Source of the DNA: Octopus sinensis
Taxonomy: Eukaryota
Direction of reading: 5' to 3'
NCBI RefSeq assembly: GCF_006345805.1
Contig: NC_043023.1
Location: forward strand, 9,920,001 to 9,984,000
Length of the DNA stretch: 64,000 bases
The position numbers and the translations under genes were made by a program. Positions 12,516 to 24,601 of the stretch are shown one piece after another. The notes under the pieces are model-generated. The model worked only from the letters and a program-made list of their open reading frames with translations, was not told the origin of the DNA and did not search any database. Each line of letters opens with the position of its first letter. The stretch's first letter is position 1.

Positions 12516-13285
12516 AATTTGTGTTTTATTTACTTTGTTTTAAAAAAAATTATTTATTTTGTGTTTTATTTATTTTGCTGGGTAGTCGTTGTAGGATCGA
12601 CTACTTACGACTAGCTAGCGCGGATGCGCGACTGCACGCCCCGGGACCACTGTTCGCTAGTAGTACCTCCTGTTGTTATCATTCCTCCACATTTCACCCA
12701 AGTCTAATAATTAGTGTTCCTCTACTCCGTTTCGTACCCGTTCTTCCCCGTAGGGTCGGGGGTAACATTCCCTTTGAGATCCCCGTAGGGTCATCGATCC
12801 CGTGTCTCCCTCACCTGCTAAAGCCACCGACTTTCTAATCACCTCACATCACATCTTAATCATTTATACTTTAAGTATAACCTTTTCAGGTGGATGGGTG
12901 GAGCATCCAACTTCCCACTCTGGTCCTTAAAATAGTTGACATCCTTTAGCTTCACAGAAAATGAAAAAAATGCGAAAACAGATTAGTTCATCTCAAATTC
13001 TTTGTAAACTAAATATATCTCCTTCTTTGTGTATATATTATATATATATATATATATTTAAATATATATATATATATATTTAAATATATATATATATATA
13101 TTTAAAATTATATAATATATTTAAATATATATATATATATATTTAAATATATATAATATTTAAATATATATATATATTTAAATATATATAATATATATAT
13201 ATATTTAAATATATATATATATATATATTTAAATATATATATATATTTAAATATATATATATATATTTAAATATATATATATATA

Positions 13286-13668
13286 TAGGCGCAGGAGTGG
13301 CTGTGTGGTAAGTAGCTTGCCTACCAACCACATGGTTCAGTCCCACTGCGTGGCATCTTGGGCAAGTGTCTTCTACTATAGCCCCAGGCCGACCAATGCC
13401 TTGTGAGTGGAATTGGTAGACGGAAACTGAATGAAGCCTGTCGTATATATGTATATATATATATATGGGTGTGTGTGTTTGTCCCCCTAGCATTGCTTGA
13501 CAACCGATGCTGGTGTGTTTACATCCCTGTCACTAAGCGGTTCGGCAAAAGAGACCGATAGAATAAGTACTGGGCTTACAAAAGAATAAGTCCCAGGGTC
13601 GATTTGCTCGACTAACGGCGGTGCTCCAGCATGGCCGCATCAAATGACTGAAACAAGTAAAAGAGAGA
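13286..13668 (+). mobile_element. SINE family 1, full length (CORE-like CTTGGGCAAGT segment; possibly octopus OR2-type)
   Basis: GGCGCAGGAGTGGCTGTGTGG head, B box, central (TA/TG)n, tail CTGAAACAAGTAAAAGAG; inserted in (TA)n. Family name is tentative. Confidence 0.88.
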
Positions 13669-13798
13669 TATATTTAAATATATATTATATATATATATAT
13701 ATATAATATATATTTAAATATATATATATATATATATTTAAATATATATATATTATATATATATTTAATATATATATATATATATTTAAATATATATA

Positions 13799-14189
13799 TC
13801 TTTATATATAAAAGTGAAATTGTGTGTCTGTCTCCTACGATTTAGATTCCTACTACTCCCATATTTTGCGGTGCAGTTTAACCAAAACTGGGTATCTTTA
13901 GTCGTGATTCATATCGAGCCTTCTGGTATTAGCGCGCGTCTATGATGAGTGTACGATTTAAAAAAAAATTTACCATCATTTTTTTCCATTTTAATGCATT
14001 TTTTCGCTATTATAAGGGGAAGTAACTCTCTAAAAATGTCTACGATGAGTCAACGATTAAAAAAAAATTTACCATCATTTTTTCCCATTTTTAATGCATT
14101 TTTTTGCTATTTTTTTTTGCTATAACTCTCTAAAAATGCTTTATAGTTATTTCCTTACAGACCCGAGCAACGCCGGGCGATACTGCTAG
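13799..14189 (+). mobile_element. Non-autonomous Helitron
   Basis: A|TCTTTATATATAAAAG ... CCCGAGCAACGCCGGGCGATACTGCTAG|T in (TA)n. Confidence 0.9.
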
Positions 14190-14408
14190 TATATATATAT
14201 ATTTAAATATTATTATATATATATATATTATATATATAATAATACACGTGTATATTCAAAGGTCAAGACCGCTAGGTAGTCGGCCGTATGCTAGAAATAG
14301 ATCACCAACAATCAAACTACAAAGAATGTTCTCTAGAGGAAAATTCAGTGAACACCAGAACAATTAGGTGGGCAAGACAGGTGAAAATTATATAAAAAAC
14401 AGAATTAC

Positions 14409-14484
14409 TCACAGACCGGCGGTTTCGTCTATTAACAAATGAATTACTTATATAATCCAATTGTCCGTAGATTCGTCAGTGCGA
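14409..14484 (-). ncRNA. Type I hammerhead ribozyme candidate in a Penelope-like fragment
   Basis: Minus strand: UCGCA-CUGACGA-A-UCUA..long stem..UAGA-C-GAAA-CC-GCC-GGUC-UGUGA; stem I 5 bp, stem III ACC/GGU, GUC cleavage triplet at 14414. Confidence 0.7.
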
Positions 14485-14487
14485 TCG

Positions 14488-14519
<32 letters not shown>

Positions 14520-14521
<2 letters not shown>

Positions 14522-14805
14522 CCGTGACCGACCAGGCTATCAGATGTTGTTACACATCGCTGGTCACAATGAGCTTTGCATTGTTTTAGCCTTCGAATGA
14601 CGCCACCCCGCTGGCTAAGCGAGCCGGCCAACAGAAGAAAGAGTGAGAGAAAGTTGCGGCGAAAGAGTACAGCAGGGATCACCACCAACCCCTGCTGGAG
14701 CCTCGTGGAGCTTTAGGTGTTTTCACTCAATAAACACTCACAACGCCCGGTCTGGGAATTGAAACCGCGAGTCCGCTGCCCTAAACACTGGGCCATTGCG
14801 CCTCC

Positions 14806-14808
<3 letters not shown>
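14520..14808 (-). mobile_element. SINE-3 head with an alternative tail (another alternative-tail copy at 40843-41150 +)
   Basis: Shared head to ...CACAACTTTCTCTC, then three different 3' halves among copies. Confidence 0.75.
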
Positions 14809-14842
<34 letters not shown>

Positions 14843-15022
14843 CACCACCAAAATATGACCTTTCTGAACTTATAATTTTCTGTGTATAGATACTACCAAA
14901 CAAACATGATTTTTTAATGAAATCCTAATATTTCTAACGAACTTTTTTATATTTTCTCAAGATTTTTCCTCGTAAATGTTTTTAACATTTTATTATTATA
15001 ATCAAAGAATGTATATATGTCA

Positions 15023-17545
15023 TCATTGTTCGACCGCGGTCGAGACAATGGAATTTACCATGCTACGCCAGACTTCACGGTCCATCATGGCATTACGGAG
15101 GTCCTGTTGCTGGATGCCTGTATCCCTGGAGATTAGATCAGGGTAGGAGAGTGTGCGCCCTCTGGTATCGCAACCGTGGTCGAGACAATGGAATTTACCA
15201 TGCTACGCCAGACTTCACGGTCCATCATGGCATTACGGAGGTCCTGTTGCTGGATGCCTGTATCCCTGGAGATTAGATCAGGGTAGGAGAGTGTGCGCCC
15301 TCTGTATCGCAACCGTGTCGAGACAATGGAATTTACCATGTTACGCCAGACTTCACGGTCCATCATGGCATTACGGAGGTCCTGTTGCTGGATGCCTGTA
15401 TCCCTGAGATTAGATCAGGGTAGGAGAGTGTGCGCCCTCTGGTATCGCAACCGTGGTCGAGAGACAATGGAATTTACCATGTTACGCCAGACTTCACGGT
15501 CCATCATGGCATTACGGAGGTCCTGTTGCTGGATGCCTGTATCCCTGGAGATTAGATCAGGGTAGGAGAGTGTGGCGCCCTCTGGTATCGCAACCGTGGT
15601 CGAGACAATGGAATTTACCATGCTACGCCAGACTTCACGTCCATCATGGCATTACGGAGGTCCTGTTGCTGGATGCCTGTATCCCTGGAGATTAGATCAG
15701 GGTAGGAGAGTGTGCGCCCTCTGGTATCGCAACCGTGGTCGAGACAATGGAATTTACCATGTTACGCCAGACTTCACGGTCCATCATGGCATTACGGAGG
15801 TCCTGTTGCTGGATGCCTGTATCCCTGGAGATTAGATCAGGGTAGGAGAGTGTGCGCCCTCTGGTATCGCAACCGTGGTCGAGACAATGGAATTTACCAT
15901 GTTACGCCAGACTTCACGGTCCATCATGGCATTACGGAGGTCCTGTTGCTGGATGCCTGTATCCCTGGAGATTAGATCAGGGTAGGAGAGTGGTGCGCCC
16001 TCTGGTATCGCAACCGTGGTCGAGACAATGGAATTTACCATGCTACGCCAGACTTCACGGTCCATCATGGCATTACGGAGGTCCTGTTGCTGGATGCCTG
16101 TATCCCTGGAGATTAGATCAGGGTAGGAGAGTGTGCGCCCTCTGGTATCGCAACCGTGGTCGAGACAATGGAATTTACCATGTTACGCCAGACTTCACGG
16201 TCCATCATGGCATTACGGAGGTCCTGTTGCTGGATGCCTGTATCCCTGGAGATTAGATCAGGGTAGGAGAGTGTGCGCCCTCTGGTATCGCAACCGTGGT
16301 CGAGACAATGGAATTTACCATGTTACGCCAGACTTCACGGTCCATCATGGCATTACGGAGGTCCTGTTGCTGGATGCCTGTATCCCTGGAGATTAGATCA
16401 GGGTAGGAGAGTGGTGCGCCCTCTGGTATCGCAACCGTGGTCGAGACAATGGAATTACCATGCTAACGCCAGACTTCACGGTCCATCATGGCATTACGGA
16501 GGTCCTGTTGCTGGATGCCTGTATCCCTGGAGATTAGATCAGGGTAGGAGAGTGTGCGCCCTCTGTATCGCAACCGTGGTCGAGACAATGGAATTTACCA
16601 TGTTACGCCAGACTTCACGGTCCATCATGGCATTACGGAGGTCCTGTTGCTGGATGCCTGTATCCCTGGAGATTAGATCAGGGTAGGAGAGTGTGCGCCC
16701 TCTGGTATCGCAACCGTGGTCGAGACAATGGAATTTACCATGTTACGCCAGACTTCACGGTCCATCATGGCATTACGGAGGTCCTGTTGCTGGATGCCTG
16801 TATCCCTGGAGATTAGATCAGGGTAGGAGAGTGTGCGCCCTCTGGTATCGCAACCGTGGTCGAGACAATGGAATTTACCATGTTACGCCAGACTTCACGG
16901 TCCATCATGGCATTACGGAGGTCCTGTTGCTGGATGCCTGTATCCCTGGAGATTAGATCAGGGTAGGAGAGTGTGCGCCCTCTGGTATCGCAACCGTGGT
17001 CGAGACAATGGAATTTACCATGTTACGCCAGACTTCACGGTCCATCATGGCATTACGGAGGTCCTGTGCTGGATGCCTGTATCCCTGGAGATTAGATCAG
17101 GGTAGGAGAGTGTGCGCCCTCTGGTATCGCAACCGTGGTCGAGACAATGGAATTTACCATGTACGCCAGACTTCACGGTCCATCATGGCATTACGGAGGT
17201 CCTGTTGCTGGATGCCTGTATCCCTGGAGATTAGATCAGGGTAGGAGAGTGTGCGCCCTCTGGTATCGCAACCGTGGTCGAGACAATGGAATTTACCATG
17301 CTACGCCAGACTTCACGGTCCATCATGGCATTACGGAGGTCCTGTTGCTGGATGCCTGTATCCCTGGAGATTAGATCAGGGTAGGAGAGTGTGCGCCCTC
17401 TGGTATCGCGAGTAGATGGCTTCCAGAGGAGAAGAGTAGAAATTACCTCATTTTCAGCTCTACAACAATGTCCAGCAAACTGGACTCTCCTACCTTTCAC
17501 AAGAGATGACACAGGTGGTAGTGTCCCATATAATTGCATTTTGGT
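15023..17545 (-). repeat. RTE-type LINE 3' fragment whose last 140 bp is tandemly repeated about 17 times
   Basis: ORF 17231..17539 LYGTLPPVSSLVKGRRVQFAGHCCR...RGRTLSYPDLISRDTG...AMMDREVWR; period 140 (15040, 15180...); natural end with TGATGA tail at ~15025. Confidence 0.9.
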
Positions 17546-18244
17546 TGGATGTGTATATATGTATTTTAATACTTTTGTGACAACCAGTACTTACAACAAA
17601 GCTTTTACATTTTACTTTTGACAATCATCATCTGTTTTATTATTACCCACTAGGGGCGAACATAGAGGGGACAATACAATCTGATGTGGGGTCAGATACA
17701 CGAATGGGATTACAAAAAGATGAATTTAAAAATTTACAAAAATATGAAGAAATCGAATGAAGAACAGACCGGAAGACATTACGGATGGAGTGGGAGCAGG
17801 TTTAGCTCGGACCCCAATCATCATCGTTTATCGTCTGTTCTCCATGCTAGCATGGGTTGGACCATTTAACTGGGATCTGGGAAGCCAGAAGGCTGCACCA
17901 GGCTCCGGTCTTATCTGGCAATGTTTCTACAACTAGATGCCCTTCATAACGCCAACCACTCCGTGAGTGTAGTGGGTGCTTTTTACGTGCCACCTGCACT
18001 GGAGACAGGCGAGGCTGGCATCGGCCACGGTCAGATTGGTGCATTTTACGTGCCAGCGACACGGAGGCCAGTCGAGGCGGCGCTGGCATCGGCCACGATT
18101 CAGATAGTGCTTTTCTGAATTGTGGCCGAAACCGGTCAAGTGATTAAACATCATTTAAAATTGCATTTTTAAACCTTCTTTCATATATACCTCCACTCGG
18201 TCAGTATCTTACAACTTCACTTTGTTATACATATATATATATAA

Positions 18245-18316
18245 GACCCTGTGGTGCAACGGTAGCGCGTCTGACTCCAGATCAGAAGGCTGCGTGTTCG
18301 AATCACGTCGGGGTCA
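18245..18316 (+). tRNA. trnW-CCA: tRNA-Trp (CCA)
   Basis: 72 nt; acceptor stem GACCCTG/CGGGGTC, anticodon arm TCTGA-CTCCAGA-TCAGA, T-loop GTTCGAATC; matches the familiar eukaryotic tRNA-Trp sequence. Confidence 0.95.
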
Positions 18317-18321
18317 AATGG

Positions 18322-18326
18322 TTTTT
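18322..18326 (+). terminator. Pol III terminator (T5) of tRNA-Trp
   Basis: TTTTT five bases after the discriminator A. Confidence 0.75.
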
Positions 18327-18336
18327 ATTTCATATA

Positions 18337-19128
18337 GGCGCAGGAGTGGCTGTGTGGTAAGTAGCTTGCTTACCAACCACATGGTTCCGGGTTCAGTCCC
18401 ACTGCGTGGCATCTTGGGCAAGTGTCTTCTGCTATAGCCCCGGCCCGACCAATGCCTTGTGAGTGGATTTGGTAGACAGAAACTGAAAGAAGCCTGTCGT
18501 ATATATACATATATATATAAGTGTGTGTGTTTGTTCCCCTAGCATTGCTTGACAACCGGTGCTGGTGTGTTTACGTCCCTGTCACTTAGCGGTTCAGCAA
18601 AAAGTGACCGATAGAATAAGTACTGGGCTTACAAAGAATAAGTACCGGGGTCGATTTGCTCGAGTAAAGGTGGTGCTCCAGCATGGCCGCAGTCAAACGA
18701 CTGAAACAAGTAAAAGAGTAAAGAGTATATATAACACTTATTACTTATTATATTATCTTATTTTCTCTTTTTTTTTACTTGTTTCAGTCATTTGACTGCG
18801 GCCATGCTGGAGCACCGCCTTTAGTTGAGCAAATCGACCCTGGGACTTATTCTTTGTAAGCCCAGTACTTATTCTATCGGTCACTTTTGCCGAACCGCTA
18901 GGTGACGAGGACGTAAACACACCAGCATCGGTTGTCAAGCAATGCTAGGGGGACAAACACAGACACACAAACATATACACACACACTTATAATATATATA
19001 TATACATATATACGACAGGCTTCTTTCAGTTTCCGTCTACCAAATCCACTCACAAGGCATTGGTCGGCCCGGGGCTATAGCAGAAGACACTTGCTCAAGA
19101 TGCCACGCAGTGGGACTGAACCCGGAAC
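18337..19128. mobile_element. Two SINE-1 copies tail-to-tail (18337-18724 +; ~18765-19128 -)
   Basis: Second copy is the reverse complement of the first; spacer about 40 bp. Confidence 0.88.
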
Positions 19129-19362
19129 CATTAAACTTTTTAATACCTTTTTCATGGTTATTTAATAAATAAATATAAATATTAAAAAATTAAAAGTTTA
19201 AAAATTTATAAATTTAAATTTTAAAAAATATAAATTTTAAATTTTATAAATTTTGTATATTTTATTTATTTTTATGCTTTGGTTTATGGTTTTCACTGTT
19301 TGATTTGCCTAATAGTGGTTTTATCTCCAATTTAATTTATATATATATAAATATATATATAT

Positions 19363-19742
19363 AGGCGCAGGAGTGGTTGTGTGGTAAGTAGCTTGCTTAC
19401 CAACCACATGGTTCCGGGTTCAGTCCCACTGCGTGGCATCTTGGGCAAGTGTATTCTGCTATAGCCCCGGGCCGACCAATACCTTGTGAGTGGATTTGGT
19501 AGACGGAAACTGAAAGAAGCCCGTCGTATATATGTATATATATGCGTGTGTGTGTTTGTTCCCCTAGCATTGCTTGACAACCGATGCTGGTGTGTTTATG
19601 TCCCGTCACTTAGCGGTTCGGCAAAAAGAGACCGATAGAATAAGTACTGGGGTCAATTTGCTCGACTAAAGGCGGTGCCCCAGCATGGCCGCAGTCAAAT
19701 GACTGAAACAAGTAAAAGAGTATATATTGCTGGGAGATGTAG

Positions 19743-19773
<31 letters not shown>

Positions 19774-20388
19774 AAGGACAACATAGACAAAATGAACATC
19801 ATTTTAACCTTTTATTCGTTATTCCCACTCCTTTATTCTCCCAGAACAAATTCCTCAAAAATCCCACACAATCATCTTCAGAAATCAAAGTCATCACATG
19901 GTTCCGGGTTCAGTCCCACTGCGTGGCATCTTGGGCAAGTATCTTCTACTATAGCCCCGGGCCGACCAAAGCCTTGTGAGTGTATTTGGTAGACGGAAAC
20001 TGAAGGAAGCCCGTCATATATATGTATATATATGTGTGAGGGTGTATGTTTGTATGTCTGTGTTTGTCCCACCAACATTGCTTCACAGCCGATGGTGGTA
20101 TGTTTACATCCCCATAACTTAGAGGTTCGGCAAAAAGAGAGAGTCAGAATAAGTACTAGGCTTACAAAGAATAAGTCCTGGGGTCGATCTGCTCGACTAA
20201 AGGCGGTGCTCCAGCATGGCCACAGTCAAATGACTGAAACAAGTAAAAGAGTAAACTTAGTGGTTCGTCAAAAGAGACCGATAGAATAAGTACTGGGCTT
20301 ACAAAGAATAAGTCCCGGGGTCGAGTTGCTCGACTAAAGGCGGTGCTCCAGCATGGCCGCAGTCAAATGACTGAAACAAGTAAAAGAG
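19363..20388 (+). mobile_element. Two SINE-1 copies (19363-19722; 19896-20388 with duplicated 137-bp tail)
   Basis: Direct match to the family; junction AAAGAGTAAACTTAG at ~20250. Confidence 0.85.
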
Positions 20389-20454
20389 CATACTATTACA
20401 CTTGTGTGTGTGAATACTGACATGTGTACCTAAGTGGAGTTTTTGAAAAAGCGA

Positions 20455-20958
20455 ACCATCCGATCGTGGCTGTTGCCAGCGCTGCTCCGACTGGCCTCCG
20501 TGCCGGTGGCACATAAAAGCACCATTCTTTCGTGGCCGTTGCCTGCCTCGCCCGGCCCCTGTGCCGGTGGCACATAAACCATCCGATCGTGGCCGTTGCC
20601 AGCGCCACCACGACTGGCCTCCATGCCGGTGGCACGTAAAAGCCCGGCCTGGCCCCCGTGCCTGTGGCATGTAGCACCATCCGTTCGTGGCTGTTGCCAG
20701 CTTCGCCTGGCCCCCGTGCCAGTGGCACGTAAAAAGCACCATCCATCCGTGGCCGTTTGCCAGCTCCGTCTGGCACGTAAAAAGCACCCACTACACTCAC
20801 GGAGTGGTTGGCGTTAGGAAGGACATCCAGCCGTAGAAACACTGCCAGATAAGTCTGGGCCTGGTGCAGCCTTCTGGCTTCACAAACCCCAGTTGAACCG
20901 TCCAACCCATGCTAGCATGGAAAGCGGACGCTAAATGATGATGATGATGATGATGATT
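20455..20958 (+). mobile_element. Family 4 non-LTR element with internal ~45-bp minisatellite and (TGA)n tail (copies: 17815-18130 -, 21063-21645 -, 53273-53745 -, 54805-55143 +)
   Basis: Shared GTTGGCGTTAGGAAGGGCATCCAGCCGTAGAAAC and CCATGCTAGCATGGAAAGCGGACGCTAAATGATGATG; variable copies of GTGGCACGTAAAAAGCACCATCCG. Confidence 0.8.
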
Positions 20959-20959
20959 C

Positions 20960-21060
20960 ATGACACATATCACAAGGATATGGCCACCTCCTGTACAATG
21001 AAGGTACTGCTTTTAGAGAATGATTTACCACATGTATCACAATGATGTGGTTTCCCTTCT
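20960..21060 (-). pseudogene. Residual finger fragment cut off from ZNF-C by a repeat insertion
   Basis: [18 protein letters not shown] then decays; ACAG occurs at both insertion junctions. Confidence 0.65.
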
Positions 21061-21478
21061 GTCAGCATCATCATCATTTAACGTCCATTTTCCATGCTAG
21101 CATGGGTTGGACGATTTTGACTGAGGTCTGGCGAACCAAACTCCAATCTGATCTGGCAGAGTTTCTACAGCTGGATGCCCTTCCTAATGCCAACCACTCC
21201 GAGAGTGTAGTGGTTGCTTTTACATGCCACTGGCATGAGGGCCAGTTTGGTAGAACTGGCAATGACCATGCTCAAATGGTGCTTTTTATGTGCCACCTTT
21301 ACAGGAGCCAGTCCAGCGGCACTGGCGAGAATCTTCCTCGAATATTTCACATGTCACCAGCACAAGTGCTGGTAAGGCGACATGGTACCGATCACACTTG
21401 AACGGTGTGCTTAACGTGCCATCGGAACGAAGGCCAGCTTGTTGCTATGGCAACGATCTCACTCGTATGGTACTCTTA

Positions 21479-22147
<669 letters not shown>

Positions 22148-23200
22148 TTATTCCTCAGTATGAACGCGTTTGTGTTTAGTCAAAATACTATTTTGAGGGA
22201 ATGATTTACCACAGATATCGCAATGATATGGTTTCTCAACTGTGTGCGTAGTTAAGTGATAAGTCAACGAACACCTATGAGAGAATGATTTATCACAGAT
22301 ATCACAGCGATATGGTTTCTCACCTGTATGAATGCGTTTGTGACTATTTAAGTCTCCACTACAAGAAAATGATTTACCACAAATATCGCAGTCATATGGT
22401 TTTTCCCCAGTATGAATACGCTTGTGCCTGGTCAAAGGACTATTAGATGAGAATGATTTACCACAGATATCACAATGATATGGCTTCTCACCTGTATGAG
22501 TACGTCTGTGTGATTTCATATGACCAGATACAGAAAATAATTTACCACAGATATCACACACATATGGTTTTTCCCCAGTATGAGTACGTTTGTGATTTGT
22601 CAAGGAACAGTTCTCAGAAAATGATTTCCCACAGATCTCACAATGAAATGGCTTCTCACCTGTATGAATACGCTTGTGACGAGCGAAAGAGTTGTTTCCT
22701 GGAAATGATTTACCACAGATCTCGCAGTCATAAGGTTTCACTCCAGTATGAATACGTCTGTGCCTAGACAAGTGATTGCTTTTAGAAAATGATTTACCGC
22801 AGAAGGTACAGTGATATGGCTTCTCACCTGTATGAATGAGTTTGTGTTTGGTCAGGTAACTACTACAAGAGAGTGACTTACCACATATATCACAGTCATA
22901 TGGCTTCTCACCTGTATGAATAAGTTTGTGGACGTTCAAGGGACTGTCAGAGGAGAACGATTTGCCACAGATATTACAATGAAATAGCTTCTCACCTGTA
23001 TGAATATGTTTGTGTCTTCTCAGGTGACAGGCTCGAGAGAATGATTTACCACAGGTATTGCACTGATGAGGCTTCTCACCTGTGTGTGTACGTGTGTGAG
23101 TAGTTAAGTTACTCTTCTGGGAGAATGATTTACCACAGGTAATGCAAAGAAACGGCTTCTCACCTGTATCAGAGTTTTTTGGTTTAGTTGAATTATCCAT
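22148..23200 (-). CDS. C2H2 zinc-finger protein ZNF-C (12 fingers to the TAA)
   Basis: ORF 22148..23230; [17 protein letters not shown] followed by 12 canonical fingers; ends HTEE-TAA. Confidence 0.88.
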   Translation of the reverse strand: MDNSTKPKNSDTGEKPFLCITCGKSFSQKSNLTTHTRTHTGEKPHQCNTCGKSFSRACHLRRHKHIHTGEKLFHCNICGKSFSSDSPLNVHKLIHTGEKPYDCDICGKSLSCSSYLTKHKLIHTGEKPYHCTFCGKSFSKSNHLSRHRRIHTGVKPYDCEICGKSFPGNNSFARHKRIHTGEKPFHCEICGKSFSENCSLTNHKRTHTGEKPYVCDICGKLFSVSGHMKSHRRTHTGEKPYHCDICGKSFSSNSPLTRHKRIHTGEKPYDCDICGKSFSCSGDLNSHKRIHTGEKPYRCDICDKSFSHRCSLTYHLTTHTVEKPYHCDICGKSFPQNSILTKHKRVHTEE

Positions 23201-23844
23201 TATGAGAGAATAATTAATTAGACGTATCACAATGATAATGATTTTTTCATTTCTATGAATATGTTTGTACGAAGTTGGATCACTATTTTCAGAGAATAAT
23301 TTAATGTTAATCTTTCTTTCATCTGTGATCTTTATACCTAAATCAACAGGTGAAAACTGTCAACTCTTTTGTAAAGTTTATCCAAGCTTAATTAACCTGT
23401 AAAGGAGTCATCTCTTCTCCATTCCAGAGAGCGAAGACAAGATAAACTGCCAGCATCAGTTGTTGGTTGTCGGATCACTGCATCCTTCAAAACTTCCATG
23501 CTTCCTGAGATTCGCCAACACCACACCTGATCTTTCTCCCCTCCATACACACACAAGCATGTATCTGACTCATACACTGTTCACTTCCCAGACATTTCTA
23601 CATTACTGCATGTACTTTATATGCACTTTCTGACAAGTTGTGGGGCACCTGAGCACTGTATACAATAATTTCATTATTATTATTATTATTATTATTTCAC
23701 TGTTGTCTGTCAGAGATTATATTTTTGTAAAGAAGATGTATTGATGAATGTTCCTTATAAAAATATCGTCTTCCTTTAAATGATGAAATTTGATGAGGAA
23801 TATCGAAGGCACATCTGAACGAAGAAATTTCTTTTATGTCAACA

Positions 23845-24208
23845 CTAGCAGTATCGCCCGGCGTTGCTCGGGTTTGTAAGGGAAATAACTATAAAGCATA
23901 TTTAGAGACTTATAGCCAAAAAATGGAAAAAAAATGATGGTAAATTTTTTTTTTAGTTAAAAAGGTCGAGTTGCGTCCCCTAGACAGTCTGTGGTTTGTG
24001 TTTCTGATTCTCGACCCCATGTCGAATTTATCGATTTTTTTCAGAACTGGGGGAACTTTTCAAAATTTTCGCTGCGTTAGTTTTGAATTATGACATTGGG
24101 CTATGTGTGTGTCAAGTTTCATCAGAATCGGTTGAAAGCCGTGGTCAGGGTGAGGGTACAACATGACAGACACACAGACAGACAAACTGCCATTTATATA
24201 TAGAGAGA
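23845..24208 (-). mobile_element. Non-autonomous Helitron in the ZNF-C 5' region
   Basis: Empty site in the ZNF-A paralogue (TGTCAACA^TGATGTG, ~3993) shows insertion between A and T with no TSD. Confidence 0.95.
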
Positions 24209-24601
24209 TGATGTGATATTCTGAAATAGAAAAAAAAGAAGCAGTGAGATAAAGAGGATAAAGATAAAGGGGTGGATGGTTTGACTGAGGACTGGTGAGC
24301 CAGATGGCAGCACCAGGCTCCAATCTGACCTGGCAGAGTTTCTATGTTACATGATTTTGTGTCTGTGTTTGGCACCACCACCACCACCCCACTCGATTTT
24401 ACATCTGCAGTTCACCAAGACACCGATAGAATAAGTACAAGGCTTAAAAAAAACAGTTTTGGGGTTGATTTATTTAATTAAAAGGTCTTCAAGGTGGTGC
24501 CCCAGCATGGCCACAGTCGAAGGACTGAAACAAGTAAAAGATAAAAGATTCGTTACGCTTACTCTGGATATCCAAATATATTTTTATATGTTTCTGTGGA
24601 T

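Noticed and set aside
15036-17408. 140-bp array as a CRISPR array or repeat-protein gene
   Set aside because: No unique spacers and no cas genes; unit is a LINE ORF end and not a multiple of 3.
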